In this document: in pieces, positions 46,341-57,365 of the stretch
How positions within the stretch are numbered: position 1 is the stretch's first letter
How the letters are laid out: each line of letters starts with the position of its first letter
IMG/VR virus record: IMGVR_UViG_3300033273_000263
Span: 1 to 60,149 of that record
Origin: a virus
Taxonomy: Duplodnaviria > Caudoviricetes
Length of the DNA: 60,149 nucleotides
Strand: one strand, 5' to 3'
Made by a program: the position numbers and the translations under genes
Notes under the pieces: generated by a model
Seen by the model: only the letters and a program-made list of their open reading frames with translations
The model's database searches: none
What the model was told of the DNA's origin: nothing

Positions 46341-47534
46341 TTAACCCCAGTTCTTCTCTACTGTGAAGTTGGCGCGGGAGAACTCCAAGCGGTCAACCAA
46401 TTTGAGAGCAGAACCAGAGGTGATTGCGACAAATCCTTCAGGTGCAGTGACCCGATAACCGCTATCCGTCTTTATATAGGTACCAATCGACTTGACCTTT
46501 TCCAGTTGACGGATGACCAGGGTCTTAGCAGCAATCAAATTCATATAAGAAGCAACAGTCATATAGATTGAACGGTACTGAGTGCGGATGAAACGCACAC
46601 CGTCTGCCTTGATCTTTTGATACTTTGCTTTAGTGCTTGCTTGTTTCTTGCTAGCGATCTCTTTGTCAAGAGTCTCAGAGTAATACTTCTCAAACCCCTT
46701 AGCGACTGCTGCAGCACTGGAGAATGTCAGACCGCGACGAATGAAGGAGTTGAAGTACACCTTGAACATAGCGGACAGGAGGAACTTACCATCTCCAGTC
46801 TGCTTAAGGATATCAAGGAAGGCAGATGCTTGCTTGAGAGAACCCTCTGCTCTGTTTACTGCGAGGTTGTACTGTGTTTGCTGTGCCTTGGTAAACTTAG
46901 AAGCACCACTGGCATCAGTGAAGTTGGAAGAGAACACAGAGATAGTGTTCACTTTCTTGAATCTGTTGACATTAACACCGAAACTAGCGTTCATATCACG
47001 CAGTTCAGGACCACCACTGTAGCGAGTGTGGAATACAATGCCGATATTAGATGCTGCAATCTTCTTACCCATCTCACTCTTCTGGGGGACAGCGTAAGTG
47101 ATGGTATTTGGTTGGAACATATAGCACGCTTCACCATTTACGGTGGCAGTTTTCACATCACCTTTCGTGAACAGAAGATCTCCCTGCACCACACCAGTAA
47201 TACCAAGTTTAGGGAGTTCACGAAGACAAGTCTTGAGTTTATTTGCCAGTTCACCACTGTAGAGAAGGTCAACATCCTTATCATTCATACAGATCTTGGG
47301 CACCTTGGCGAACACACCCTTGGTACCAACAAAGAAGTCTTTGGTTTCTGGGTGCTGACCACAGATAACAGCAGGTGCACCATCCCACTTGGTAGTAATA
47401 CGGATACCAGAGTCGGGTTCAGATAGCATCTTGCCAAGTTCACGGAGGAATGCAATAGCGTTCCTGCCGCCGTCCGAACCTTGGTTCAGGATGTCGTCTT
47501 CTAGGTGTTCGAGGTGAGTGTTCTGCTTTGCCAT
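46341..47534 (-). CDS. Conserved protein with RNA-ligase-like nucleotidyltransferase motifs
   Basis: TKWDG (I), QGDLLF (III), EGFV (IV), LKLV (V). Confidence 0.7.
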   Translation of the reverse strand: MAKQNTHLEHLEDDILNQGSDGGRNAIAFLRELGKMLSEPDSGIRITTKWDGAPAVICGQHPETKDFFVGTKGVFAKVPKICMNDKDVDLLYSGELANKLKTCLRELPKLGITGVVQGDLLFTKGDVKTATVNGEACYMFQPNTITYAVPQKSEMGKKIAASNIGIVFHTRYSGGPELRDMNASFGVNVNRFKKVNTISVFSSNFTDASGASKFTKAQQTQYNLAVNRAEGSLKQASAFLDILKQTGDGKFLLSAMFKVYFNSFIRRGLTFSSAAAVAKGFEKYYSETLDKEIASKKQASTKAKYQKIKADGVRFIRTQYRSIYMTVASYMNLIAAKTLVIRQLEKVKSIGTYIKTDSGYRVTAPEGFVAITSGSALKLVDRLEFSRANFTVEKNWG

Positions 47535-47583
47535 ATCTGTATTATAGCGCGTGATGGGGTCCTGTCCCCGTATAGTGGACAGT

Positions 47584-48489
47584 TTACCAGGGGTCCCCTG
47601 ACATCTTCAGACTGCTGGCAAGTTTCTCAGATTCATACTTGAATCTCATCTTCAGGATCTTCTTCGATCCTGCTTTGACACCAATAGAATCGTTACCAAC
47701 TTTCTCAAACTGGATCTGCTGAGTCATAATCGCTTCCAGTTTAGGGTTGTTGAGAGGATCTTCCACGTCTGCAGTGAAGGGTGCATTCTTTCCTTTACCA
47801 GTTACCTTAACATAGGGAGGGAATAGTTCTGTACTAGCATCGATCCACCCCCTGATGATATACTCTTTACGATCTTTCTGTTGCATCGTAGACAACTTCG
47901 CATACATCGCATCTCTACACTTGTTGAGAACATCAGATCCCATCTTATCGGTCTGCATCTGAACTGCCTTTGCTCCTCGGATAGCAGACTTTCTAGCACT
48001 AGCAGACTTCGGTAACTTGAAGTTCTTTACAACTTTGTCTACAGCATCTTTATTAAACTTTGCTAGGACAATACCCAGATCTTTTTCTACCGTACCAACA
48101 CCAGGGTTCTTAAAACCAATATCACCTTTACCAGATGTAGACTTAGCAGAAAGACCTAAGAATCCACCAGAGTTAAACTTAACTAAAACATCAGTTGGGT
48201 TCTTTTTCTGGTCAACTTCTGTACCAGTTACTGCCTTAAAAGAAAACCCAGGACGTGCTGTCCAATATACACTTTGAACACCACTATATCCATTTCTTCT
48301 TGCCCACTTCAAAAATTCTTCTGCCATTTTAATGGCACGACCAATCTGCTGAGTGCCTTGATCTGCAGTCAGTAGTGCAAGTTTCCTGGTGTACTGTGCC
48401 TCAGACGCATCATCAGGAAACTTATTATTGTTGAGAGCATACGCAGTGTAAATCTCATTTACATCTGCCAAGTCTGTATTAGCAGGCAT
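47584..48489 (-). CDS. Hypothetical protein, restriction-endonuclease-like
   Basis: NE...PTDVLV...GLSAK resembles PD-(D/E/S)xK. Confidence 0.5.
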   Translation of the reverse strand: MPANTDLADVNEIYTAYALNNNKFPDDASEAQYTRKLALLTADQGTQQIGRAIKMAEEFLKWARRNGYSGVQSVYWTARPGFSFKAVTGTEVDQKKNPTDVLVKFNSGGFLGLSAKSTSGKGDIGFKNPGVGTVEKDLGIVLAKFNKDAVDKVVKNFKLPKSASARKSAIRGAKAVQMQTDKMGSDVLNKCRDAMYAKLSTMQQKDRKEYIIRGWIDASTELFPPYVKVTGKGKNAPFTADVEDPLNNPKLEAIMTQQIQFEKVGNDSIGVKAGSKKILKMRFKYESEKLASSLKMSGDPW

Positions 48490-48503
48490 TAGACCAGAAT
48501 ATT

Positions 48504-49097
48504 TTACCTACTATTTAGATTGATGTGGGACAGGGTAACATTAAAAGCGATGCTGTACCTGTCTTGAGGTACTGGTGACTGATCAATCCAGTGCATAATC
48601 CAACTAGGAAATGCAACCAAGAGTCCTGTAACAGGTTTCACAATCATCCTGTGACTGTTCCAGTTATTATCTTCGCGTATTAAATCCCTCGGTACGGTGT
48701 ACTCTATGACACTATGTGGATTGGCAAGGATCAGGGGAGCAGTATGCTCATCTGCCTCTGGATAAAAAACGAAACTGATCCAGTGATTAGCGTGGATGTG
48801 TGGTTCTGTGTTAAAAGCATTCTGTGGTCCAGAACTATTTCGATTGATCCAGAAGTCACTGATTTGAGGATTTGCTTTCTCGGATAGACCGTACAGTTCA
48901 GCGAAATGCGGAATCTTACTATTGATATGGTCTGTCAGTTCTGGGATATCTTCTTCCAGTGGACCACTTTGCCACCCGTTCGTATGGTAAGAAGGTCTGC
49001 TCTTCTCCATATCAATACAGTATTGGAGAATCTTATCGCAATCTACAGAAAGAACCTCTGTTGCTAAGAAACTAGCAAAAGTGGGTTGCAGGTTCAT
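48504..49097 (-). CDS. 2OG-Fe(II) oxygenase (TIGR02466-like)
   Basis: GWQS, W.N, HIH...S.V.Y, FPSWI.H, R.SIAFN. Confidence 0.85.
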   Translation of the reverse strand: MNLQPTFASFLATEVLSVDCDKILQYCIDMEKSRPSYHTNGWQSGPLEEDIPELTDHINSKIPHFAELYGLSEKANPQISDFWINRNSSGPQNAFNTEPHIHANHWISFVFYPEADEHTAPLILANPHSVIEYTVPRDLIREDNNWNSHRMIVKPVTGLLVAFPSWIMHWIDQSPVPQDRYSIAFNVTLSHINLNSR

Positions 49098-49642
49098 CAG
49101 AATGTACCAGGTTTCTTATAGAGATTCATTGCAAAGCACCTACGATGAAAGTCTGTTCTTGGTACCTCGTGCAACATCTTAGCATCAAAGATCAGTAACT
49201 GTCTCTCGGATGGAAAGTATGGACTGTTGCCACCAAATATGATTGGTGCTGCTCCCTCATCAATGCGTATATATCCAACTGCAGCAAAATCTGCTGGGTA
49301 GTGATTGTGTGGTTTCACATAATCACCTGGTGTGTAGTCAGCACCCCAGCAGTTCCTCACTTCAAATTCAATGTCAGTAGTGCCGTCATTCAGTCCACCG
49401 TAAACTCTACCACCAGCATTGTACACAAGATTAGAAATCATCTTGCAACAAAGTTTTGCATATTCTTCACATAAGGGAAGACTCAAATCCACATCGGTTT
49501 GGGTACCTACTATATTAGAGGAGATAGGTTGCCCCTTCCCCTCTAAGATCCAATCATCGATTGCTTTATCTGCTTCAGTGATACATTCCTGTGGAAGAAT
49601 AAATTCAAACACAGGTTGACCAGCACCAACATAAACAGTCAT
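49097..49642 (-). CDS. 2OG-Fe(II) oxygenase
   Basis: WGA.Y, HNH.P, LHEV, R...A.N. Confidence 0.75.
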   Translation of the reverse strand: MTVYVGAGQPVFEFILPQECITEADKAIDDWILEGKGQPISSNIVGTQTDVDLSLPLCEEYAKLCCKMISNLVYNAGGRVYGGLNDGTTDIEFEVRNCWGADYTPGDYVKPHNHYPADFAAVGYIRIDEGAAPIIFGGNSPYFPSERQLLIFDAKMLHEVPRTDFHRRCFAMNLYKKPGTF

Positions 49643-49857
49643 AACGAATTTTTTACTTGCTCCACAACCTTATCTATAACATCAACATCAATGCCTAAGA
49701 ATGGTGGGATGATTCCCATCATTCTAAGAAGACCATCAACAAATAGTGCTAGCACAATGAACCCTAAAATCATACTGATAATAGAAGCAGTACGATTATG
49801 TTTTGCCATAGCAGCATCAATCATTTGCTGCACTTCTTGTCGATAATCTTCTGGCAT
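49639..49857 (-). CDS. Small membrane protein
   Basis: HNR.A..IS..LG...L..F.DGLLR..G.IPPF. Confidence 0.65.
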   Translation of the reverse strand: MPEDYRQEVQQMIDAAMAKHNRTASIISMILGFIVLALFVDGLLRMMGIIPPFLGIDVDVIDKVVEQVKNSL

Positions 49858-49875
49858 TGTTTTAAGTTGTAAAGG

Positions 49876-50376
49876 TCAGCGGTCGCCTTCTGCTCGCTCT
49901 TCAGAGCGTACTACTGTGAACTCACCTTCGGGATATCGTGTGGCAAGTTTTACAGTGTTGCGGAAGATCACTTCTTCAAAACGAAGATTGAGTGCCATAC
50001 ACGCTTGGGCAGCATACCAGAGGATGTCTCCCAGTTCGGTCATCAGATGATCACGAACGTCTTCGTTGTAAGGCTTACCTTGGAATTTGATTTTCTTCAC
50101 CAGTTCCATAAACTCACCACTCTCTGCCACGAGACCAGAAGCAGCGGTGTCAAGGCGTTCGATCTTACAACCTGCCTTGTGAAGTTCTTGGTAACGCTCC
50201 ATCAGAGCGTCAAAATCTTTAGAAGGGTCGCTTGTGACGACATCAACGAACTCGATATATTTATCGAGATCAACCTCCATTTTTTGTTCTTGACGCCTTT
50301 TAGCATTATCTACTACCTTTTTGGACGAGGGTGTGTTGAAACCCTTAAAGTCCTGAGGCATTGCATCAATCGACAT
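49876..50376 (-). CDS. mazG: MazG-like NTP pyrophosphohydrolase
   Basis: AE.GEF.E.VKK, ELGD..WY, N..KL..RYP. Confidence 0.92.
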   Translation of the reverse strand: MSIDAMPQDFKGFNTPSSKKVVDNAKRRQEQKMEVDLDKYIEFVDVVTSDPSKDFDALMERYQELHKAGCKIERLDTAASGLVAESGEFMELVKKIKFQGKPYNEDVRDHLMTELGDILWYAAQACMALNLRFEEVIFRNTVKLATRYPEGEFTVVRSEERAEGDR

Positions 50377-50378
50377 AA

Positions 50379-51743
50379 TTAAACCTTCCAGTCAGTGAAC
50401 AGTTTGTTTTCGAGAACCTCAACAGGTCCTTCGGGTTGACCAGCATCCACGACTTGCGGCTGCTCGTCACAATCATACAGGCGCATCTTTGCCCTGTCAA
50501 TACCCACAACGAATCTCTTGTGCATTGTGGGGTCATTGTATCTATTCTTAAGTTGTTTGATCATAATCTGACCCGATGCTTCCAGATCTTCCGAACTGAT
50601 CAAAGCAAACATAAAGTCTGCAGTAGCAGGAAGACCGAAGGATTCTGAGGTGTCGGTCAGTTCAACGTCGCTGTTACCATACCCACTCCGAGTAGTCTGA
50701 GTAGCGGTAATGATAGGCACGTCGCACTCACCAGCAAGACCACGGAGTTCTTCAGCGATTGCTTTAACATAGGTGTACGAGTTTACGATAGCGCCTTTGT
50801 AGCGTGAGGATGCACAGATGTTCAGATAGTCAATGTAGATGACATCTGGTACAAAGGACTTTTTGACTGCCAGTTCCTGAAGGAGTGCCTTGAAGTGTCC
50901 CTTGTGAGCAGACGCAGTGGGGTACTCCTTGATAACCAAACGACCTTGTGTCTTAAGCGACAGTTTGTGGATCTTGTTATCAAACATCACCTTGGGTAAT
51001 GTTTCCAGTTGCTGCACACCAACGTTCAAGAGATTAGCGTCGATGCGTTCTGCAATCCTTTCCTCTGCCATCTCCAGCGTGATGTAAAGGACATTGTATC
51101 CTGCCATCAGGTGTGATGCTGCACAGTGACACATAAAAAGACTCTTACCAACACCCGTACCTGCCAGGGCAACGTTGAGAGTCTTCTTACAGATACCACC
51201 CTTGGTAACCTTGTTCAGCATACTAAGGTCAAATGGGATCCGTTCTTCATCACGATGGTAATACTCATAGCGAGCATCAGCATCAAAGATGTAATCGTGT
51301 CCAACTGAGTTATCAAAACTGACAGCAAGTGCATCAGAGAGGATAGATGGAATAGCATCACGTCCTCGCATCTCATCGTTACCCTCAGCAATCTGAATAG
51401 ATTCGAGGAGAGCATTGTAGATAGCACGATCGCGACACCACTTCTCCGCAGTATCACACAACCACTTAAGGTCGTGTGGTTCATCAGAGGACTCCTGCAC
51501 AATCTTAGCAGTGTGTGCATACACATCCCCAGTCAAGTCTTTCCGACCTTCAAGTTCAATGCATAGTGCTTCCTTAGATGGAAGTGCATCGTACTCAATA
51601 AAGTATTCTGAGAGTTGCTCGTAGATTAATTTATTGGAATAGTCCTCAAAGAACTCAGACTTGATGTGAGGAAGAACTCTGCGCGTGAACCCCTCGTCAA
51701 AAAGCATCGATGATACTAAAAGGGATTCAACAGAGTTAGACAT
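50379..51743 (-). CDS. gp41: Replicative DNA helicase gp41
   Basis: AGTGVGKS, LEMAEE, DYLNIC, SESFGLP.TAD, QLKNRY. Confidence 0.96.
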   Translation of the reverse strand: MSNSVESLLVSSMLFDEGFTRRVLPHIKSEFFEDYSNKLIYEQLSEYFIEYDALPSKEALCIELEGRKDLTGDVYAHTAKIVQESSDEPHDLKWLCDTAEKWCRDRAIYNALLESIQIAEGNDEMRGRDAIPSILSDALAVSFDNSVGHDYIFDADARYEYYHRDEERIPFDLSMLNKVTKGGICKKTLNVALAGTGVGKSLFMCHCAASHLMAGYNVLYITLEMAEERIAERIDANLLNVGVQQLETLPKVMFDNKIHKLSLKTQGRLVIKEYPTASAHKGHFKALLQELAVKKSFVPDVIYIDYLNICASSRYKGAIVNSYTYVKAIAEELRGLAGECDVPIITATQTTRSGYGNSDVELTDTSESFGLPATADFMFALISSEDLEASGQIMIKQLKNRYNDPTMHKRFVVGIDRAKMRLYDCDEQPQVVDAGQPEGPVEVLENKLFTDWKV

Positions 51744-52314
51744 AGTGAGTGTACGTGCTGAGGAGATACTTGTCGTTGGAGATGGCAGGTTTCCCGCAGT
51801 GTGGATATAACCACAGGGGCGGGAAGATTACCATCCTACCAGTTTTGGGTTTGACTGTAAAGTCATCGAAGAAAACTGTTTCACCGCCTTCTTCGACATC
51901 GTTAAGGTACCAGAAGATTGAGAGGAAACGTCGTGCCGAATCATAATCGCCAACATCAACGTGAGTGTCAAACCTATCGTCTGTTCCTGCCTCATACTTC
52001 TTGACTCTGAACTGTTCTAATGCAGAGCGTTTAGGAAAACTCTGCCTGCATTGAACATCGTCCATATATTTCTGGACATAATGGGAACCAGACTCAATTA
52101 AAGCATTATGGATAAGACCCCAGTCATTTGCTGGGTGCTCAGTAAGATCTGTATGGTCATCCAGGTACTGAGTGATATTAAATTGTTTGAACTTTGGTTT
52201 ACCACCATTATCAAACTCTTCCAAGATTTGACCTTGGAAGAGTCGAATGACATTCTTACACAGATCTTCAGTGAGTGTGTAATCGTAAACTTGGATAAAG
52301 TCTTTAAGATCCAT
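51736..52314 (-). CDS. 2OG-Fe(II) oxygenase
   Basis: HVD, YLNDV.EGGET, FPP.W.YPH.G, KY..STY. Confidence 0.87.
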   Translation of the reverse strand: MDLKDFIQVYDYTLTEDLCKNVIRLFQGQILEEFDNGGKPKFKQFNITQYLDDHTDLTEHPANDWGLIHNALIESGSHYVQKYMDDVQCRQSFPKRSALEQFRVKKYEAGTDDRFDTHVDVGDYDSARRFLSIFWYLNDVEEGGETVFFDDFTVKPKTGRMVIFPPLWLYPHCGKPAISNDKYLLSTYTHYV

Positions 52315-53317
52315 AACCAAATTCCTTTCTTGCAGATTCGTCAAGTGCTTGCATCACTTCGGGGGTGAAGTATCTTTCGGGATTAGCCAGAATAGCAGAA
52401 GGATAAACAGAGGATTCACCAACAACGACACGATTCCCCTTACGGGTGAATACTCCGTACTGTTCACCCAATTCCAATAATCCATAATACCTGTCCAGTC
52501 CGCGTTCGTCATAGAAAAGACGTGTTGCAACTTTGCTGTTCTCCTTGGTGAATCGAGACTTCTTAGTTTCGCACTTGATGATGTTACCTACAACTTCCTT
52601 ACCATCCTTCTCTTTAGATTTGGAGAGATAGATGATGGTTGAAGCAGCGTACTTCAATCCCGATCCACCACCCATCTCTTTAGTAGGTACATAAGCACCC
52701 ACCACATCATATGTATGATTGGTAACAATCATAGGAATATTTGCTTTACCCAGTTTGAGGGTGAGGACTCGGAAGATTGCCTTAACAACTTGTGCTCGTG
52801 TCATATCACGAGTCTCCTTACCTGCCTCAGAGTCTTCAATCTCCTTGGTGGTAGAGAGCATACCCAGGGAGTCAAGCACAAACATCAGGGGTTTGCGATC
52901 CTCTGGCTTCTGCTCCAAATACTTGTCAGCAATCTTCAGTGCTTGAGTTCGGAATTCCTGTACAGTGGTAACAGGAACAATGATCATACGCTTAGAGTCG
53001 ATGTTACGACTCTCGATCATATCTTTAGAAAGTGCTGACTCAGACTCAAAATAAATGACTCCAGCGTCAGGATCAGTATCAAGGAAATGACGCACAACAG
53101 AGAGAGTAAAAAAAGTCTTCCCTGTGGACGATTCTCCAGCAATAGCGGTGATCTTATTAGAGGGAATACCCCCAAAGATAGATCCACTAACCAAAGCGTT
53201 AAAGATATAAGAGCCAGTGTCAACGAAATCTGAAACGTCGCCAGCAGCAACCCCCTCACTAACAACTGAAGCATACTCATTACCGATCTCGGAAATGACT
53301 GTGTTTAAGAAACTCAT
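52304..53317 (-). CDS. uvsX: RecA-like recombinase UvsX
   Basis: [29 protein letters not shown]. Confidence 0.95.
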   Translation of the reverse strand: MSFLNTVISEIGNEYASVVSEGVAAGDVSDFVDTGSYIFNALVSGSIFGGIPSNKITAIAGESSTGKTFFTLSVVRHFLDTDPDAGVIYFESESALSKDMIESRNIDSKRMIIVPVTTVQEFRTQALKIADKYLEQKPEDRKPLMFVLDSLGMLSTTKEIEDSEAGKETRDMTRAQVVKAIFRVLTLKLGKANIPMIVTNHTYDVVGAYVPTKEMGGGSGLKYAASTIIYLSKSKEKDGKEVVGNIIKCETKKSRFTKENSKVATRLFYDERGLDRYYGLLELGEQYGVFTRKGNRVVVGESSVYPSAILANPERYFTPEVMQALDESARKEFGYGS

Positions 53318-55791
53318 ACGAATAGGTCTTCTAGGGTAGCGATTTTCTCTGCCTTCCAGTTGATTGTATCCATAATCACCTGTAGAGGATCGAGAAAACT
53401 TTTCTGAAATTGTAGATCGTAATCGATCGACTTGTCAAGTCCAAACTCCTTGGGAAGAGTCTGGAAGAATGAGATCACATTCTCATTGATCTTGTTTGGT
53501 TGACGAAGGTACAAGAACTTAATCTTTTCGCCGTCTTGAATGAGGGGATACTTGTGTGTGATCTTGGTTTTCTTTGCGTGAAAATTATATAGCAGAGCAC
53601 CACGAACGTGGATCGGGGTACCCTTACTATAGATTGTGGCAGGGTTGGAGAACTTTGCAAGGTTGTTGCATCCACGAGGGAATGCAATTTCTTCTGGTGG
53701 AAGACTTTCAAACTTCTTACGAAAGTTAGCAACGTACTCCTGAACATCATCTTGGGTACCATTCATAATAACCTTCAGGGCATCCTTAATTGCCGTACGG
53801 CAGGATGCTGGTGTGGATGATTTGACTGCTTCGATACCCATCATCTTGAGTTTGGGTTCAGTAAACCTCACACCTTCGATGTCCCAAGCATTGAGGATGT
53901 ACCTCTTCTTGGCAGTCCAGATGCCTTTGTTCGCGATAGTCTCGCGCTTCATAAACATCTTCTGGTCGTACGCATTAACGTACCGTGCTAGTTCTTTGTA
54001 CGATTTGTCGATGAATGGTTCGATTCGATCCGTACAGGCTGCATCGAGAAAGTCAACGATCCTCTCCTTCGAAACATCTCGTGAAGCAAATACAGAACGG
54101 ACAAGTAGATCAAGACAGATATAGATGCTGTCAGTATCACTGGCAATAACATAGTCTTTGTCCTCCGTGTTGAGTAGTTTATTTAGATAGGCATTCATCT
54201 TGTTCTCAATCCAACGGATCGATACCTGTCCAGACAGAGTGATTGCCTCAGCATTGGCAAGGTTATAGTACCTAAAATACTGGTTACCAATGGCACCATA
54301 GGCACTGTTAAGTTGAATCTTGCGTGCCATCTGGATATTGTTGAATGCACTGATATCATCCTGTAATTTAGGATCACCAGTTTCTTCAAACTTTTTCTTG
54401 GCAGCAAGCATCTTGCCCTTGTAGATCTTACGTTCATCGTAGATCTTCTGCATCATCTCAGGGAGAAAACCGTGAATGTCCTTACGATACTGAGCACCGT
54501 TAGCACAAACACAAGTATCTCCCTTGATGGTAACCTCCTGGTTTAGGAGTTTATCTACCGAGACACCTGGGAACCTCTCATCCACCAACGTCTCTGGCGA
54601 GATGTTGTACTGCATAATGAGGTGAGGGTATAGGGAGTTGAGGTCAAAAGAGACCACCCATTCATACTGCCCAGGAACAGGTTCTTTGACATACGCACCA
54701 GCATACTTGTCATCCTTCTTGGACTCCTGTTTCGGTGGAACACAGATCTTACGATCCTTGAGGTAATTATAGATGAGGGTATCCCACATCCGTACCTGAG
54801 AGTAGACATCTTCGAAATTGACCTTAGCATCATATGCCATAGTCACTGCAAGTTCTAGTAGTTTCATCTTGTGCTCAAGACGATCCACCAGTTCAACGTC
54901 GATGATGTTGTACTCAACGAACTTCTGCCAGTCATTCGTATAGAACTCCTTGAAGTTCTCGAACTCACTGTGATCCAACTTCTGCTGGTTCAGTTCAACA
55001 AAAGCAATATGATCCAGTCGATAGGACTCCTGGTTGCTATAAGTGAACTTCTGGTACAGGTCAAGGTAGTCAAGGATGCTGACACCCAAGATGTCATAGG
55101 CAAGGTTCTTGCGACCTTTGATGTACACCTCACGCATATTCACCTTGTCCCAAGGGGACAGGGACTTCTGCCACTTCTCACCAAGCACACGCTCAATGCG
55201 ACGGCAGATATACGGGATGTCATACAGGTTACAGTTCCAACCAGTAACAACATCAGGAGTATTCTCAACCCACCACTTGTGGAAGTCTGCAAGCATCTCC
55301 TGCTCAGTCCAGAAGACACGATACTCAGTATCGATTTTTGCCTCCCTGGTACCCCAGGTGATGAACTTACCAGACGACAAGTCTTTAATGGTGATGAGCA
55401 GCATCTCCTCTTGACACGCCTCGGTGTCTGGGAAACCGTTCTCACAAGCAACCTCAATGTCAATCGTATAGATCTTCATCTGTTGCAGGTTAAATCGAAG
55501 TTGACCAGGGTAGTTTTCACTGATCCACTGGTACACAAATCGTTCATACCCGTGCACTTCAAACCCATCAACGTCCTTGTACTTCTCGATGAATTCACGA
55601 GCACGACGGGCACCATCCTGAACAACAGGTGCCATCTGCTTGCCATCAAGAGATTTCCATTCACCCTTGGGCGATGGTACAAACAGAACGGGTTTAATGA
55701 TCTGCTTGAATGAAACAGGAGACCCATTCTCATACCCACGGCAGAGGATGGCGTCTCCTAGAAGTGTAACGTTTGTATAGATTGAACTCAA
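53314..55791 (-). CDS. gp43: Family B DNA polymerase gp43
   Basis: DIEV, GWN...[31 protein letters not shown]. Confidence 0.98.
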   Translation of the reverse strand: MSSIYTNVTLLGDAILCRGYENGSPVSFKQIIKPVLFVPSPKGEWKSLDGKQMAPVVQDGARRAREFIEKYKDVDGFEVHGYERFVYQWISENYPGQLRFNLQQMKIYTIDIEVACENGFPDTEACQEEMLLITIKDLSSGKFITWGTREAKIDTEYRVFWTEQEMLADFHKWWVENTPDVVTGWNCNLYDIPYICRRIERVLGEKWQKSLSPWDKVNMREVYIKGRKNLAYDILGVSILDYLDLYQKFTYSNQESYRLDHIAFVELNQQKLDHSEFENFKEFYTNDWQKFVEYNIIDVELVDRLEHKMKLLELAVTMAYDAKVNFEDVYSQVRMWDTLIYNYLKDRKICVPPKQESKKDDKYAGAYVKEPVPGQYEWVVSFDLNSLYPHLIMQYNISPETLVDERFPGVSVDKLLNQEVTIKGDTCVCANGAQYRKDIHGFLPEMMQKIYDERKIYKGKMLAAKKKFEETGDPKLQDDISAFNNIQMARKIQLNSAYGAIGNQYFRYYNLANAEAITLSGQVSIRWIENKMNAYLNKLLNTEDKDYVIASDTDSIYICLDLLVRSVFASRDVSKERIVDFLDAACTDRIEPFIDKSYKELARYVNAYDQKMFMKRETIANKGIWTAKKRYILNAWDIEGVRFTEPKLKMMGIEAVKSSTPASCRTAIKDALKVIMNGTQDDVQEYVANFRKKFESLPPEEIAFPRGCNNLAKFSNPATIYSKGTPIHVRGALLYNFHAKKTKITHKYPLIQDGEKIKFLYLRQPNKINENVISFFQTLPKEFGLDKSIDYDLQFQKSFLDPLQVIMDTINWKAEKIATLEDLFV

Positions 55792-56024
55792 AGTGCCTTC
55801 TTGTAGTTGGTAACGGCGTCGTCAGACGGATCTACTATAGTCAAGATCACGTCAGAAGTCAAGAAAATATCGCGCTGGTCTGTGTACAGGGGATACCTAG
55901 TCCACGCATTAGCATCGATCCTCATACAGTTACCAATAAGATACGATGGTTCTTCATCTAGTTCAGTAACCTCACCCATAAGGTGAGTGTGATCCTTAAG
56001 AATCACTATCTTTAACGGACTCAT
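55788..56024 (-). CDS. Hypothetical protein
   Basis: Coupled to gp43; beta-rich. Confidence 0.6.
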   Translation of the reverse strand: MSPLKIVILKDHTHLMGEVTELDEEPSYLIGNCMRIDANAWTRYPLYTDQRDIFLTSDVILTIVDPSDDAVTNYKKAL

Positions 56025-56355
56025 TGTGATGTACCTCAGTTAATGTTTCCCATCGTGCCTTAACTTCAGGATGGGGTTCGTAAATGGTGACGACTTGAGA
56101 CAACTGAACAAGAGTTCTATTGTCACAGGAAAGTGGAATCCACGGGAACAACTCAAGATTGAGATCATTGATCTTCTGAGGTGTATCATCAGCACCTTCT
56201 TCAAATAACATCTCTGCAGTTGCAGTGATGGTAACAGTATAAGGATTTGTGAGAAAATAACCGATTGGTGAGTATGATTCCTGGTTAGGATATGCTTCCT
56301 TTACATCAGCAATGATGTCCTCACCGCTTGCGATTCTTACGATTTTTACGGTCAT
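55996..56355 (-). CDS. Conserved hypothetical protein (Sm-like)
   Basis: K......GED.IA...NP...PW.PL...V....EP. Confidence 0.65.
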   Translation of the reverse strand: MTVKIVRIASGEDIIADVKEAYPNQESYSPIGYFLTNPYTVTITATAEMLFEEGADDTPQKINDLNLELFPWIPLSCDNRTLVQLSQVVTIYEPHPEVKARWETLTEVHHNESVKDSDS

Positions 56356-56548
56356 AGTTTTTCTCCAATAATTTTTCATAGACATCTCTTACGATGTCAC
56401 CAAATGCCCTTCTAGCGGTGATGTTCTTTTCATCTGCTAGCACCCTAGCATAATACAAAATTGTCTCGGCATCTTCAGTAGGAACATCTAAAGTAACCGA
56501 TTCATATTCTTGGCAGTTCTTGGGCGTACAGTTAACATAATAATTCAT
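56321..56548 (-). CDS. Hypothetical protein
   Basis: GGAG RBS. Confidence 0.55.
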   Translation of the reverse strand: MNYYVNCTPKNCQEYESVTLDVPTEDAETILYYARVLADEKNITARRAFGDIVRDVYEKLLEKNYDRKNRKNRKR

Positions 56549-56563
56549 ACAATCGCTCCAAAT

Positions 56564-56588
56564 AAAAAGAGACCCTTGCGGGTCTCTT
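56564..56588 (-). terminator. Rho-independent terminator
   Basis: GAGACCC-GCAA-GGGTCTC-TTTTT. Confidence 0.75.
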
Positions 56589-56619
56589 CGGTTGTATTCT
56601 ATTTATACTATCTGGAAGA

Positions 56620-56991
56620 TCAGAAGGAATACTTCAGACCTGCCTTGGTGCCGTATCCACGGTCAACGCTGGAAGAACCAGAACCGAGGAACGAAACTTC
56701 ACCATAGACGCCGAGTTTCTCGGTAACCGAGACGCCCAGACCTGCCTTACCCGAAGGAACGGTGTCAACCTCGCCACCGTCAGGGGAGACGACAGAAGCG
56801 CCTGCTTGGACGTAGTAGGAAGCAGACTCACCAAGAGGACCTTCGTAGCCCACGTGGAGGTCAGTCGTCGTGCCAGTGTAGTCCGAACCAGTGAAACCAG
56901 AGTTGGCTTCCACGTTAACGTAGGGACCTGCCAGGGCAGCAGCGGGAGCGAACGCGAGAGCAGCAGCAGCTGCGAAAGCAGTTTTGATCAT
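56620..56991 (-). CDS. Small outer-membrane beta-barrel protein
   Basis: Signal peptide; alternating beta strands; C-terminal G.KYSF (BamA-type terminal Phe). Confidence 0.8.
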   Translation of the reverse strand: MIKTAFAAAAALAFAPAAALAGPYVNVEANSGFTGSDYTGTTTDLHVGYEGPLGESASYYVQAGASVVSPDGGEVDTVPSGKAGLGVSVTEKLGVYGEVSFLGSGSSSVDRGYGTKAGLKYSF

Positions 56992-57067
56992 AGTTGTTTT
57001 ACCTTTGAATTTACTTGCGGAGTGGTTACCCGCAGATGGAGGATCGGGTTTTCCCGATCGCTTAAGA

Positions 57068-57097
57068 ATTGTACATCACCCTGAGAAATCTTGTCAA
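57068..57097 (-). promoter_or_regulatory. Sigma70 promoter of the OMP gene (late TATAAATA also at 57124-57131)
   Basis: TTGACA-18-TACAAT. Confidence 0.6.
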
Positions 57098-57170
57098 CCC
57101 CTCAGGGCGCTGTAACAAAAAGTTATTTATACACCAAACCGTAACGTATTGTTACAGTTTATGCCAACCA

Positions 57171-57365
57171 TCACTGATAATTATCAATGATGCTCTGGCA
57201 CTTGTCTAGGTTCTTCTTGCAAAAATTATGCACGTAAGAGTCTGCATCTACACTCATTGTATAATGAGCGTGAGTATGCAAAGACTGAATCACAATCAAG
57301 AACCCAACTACAAGTAGGTTAAACTGCGTCACTGGGTTCAGTAGAACCCGTAGTATCAATTTCAT
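57171..57365 (-). CDS. Hypothetical membrane protein
   Basis: HP/NPVT.FNL...H..AHY.M..D.D.YV..FC. Confidence 0.6.
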   Translation of the reverse strand: MKLILRVLLNPVTQFNLLVVGFLIVIQSLHTHAHYTMSVDADSYVHNFCKKNLDKCQSIIDNYQ

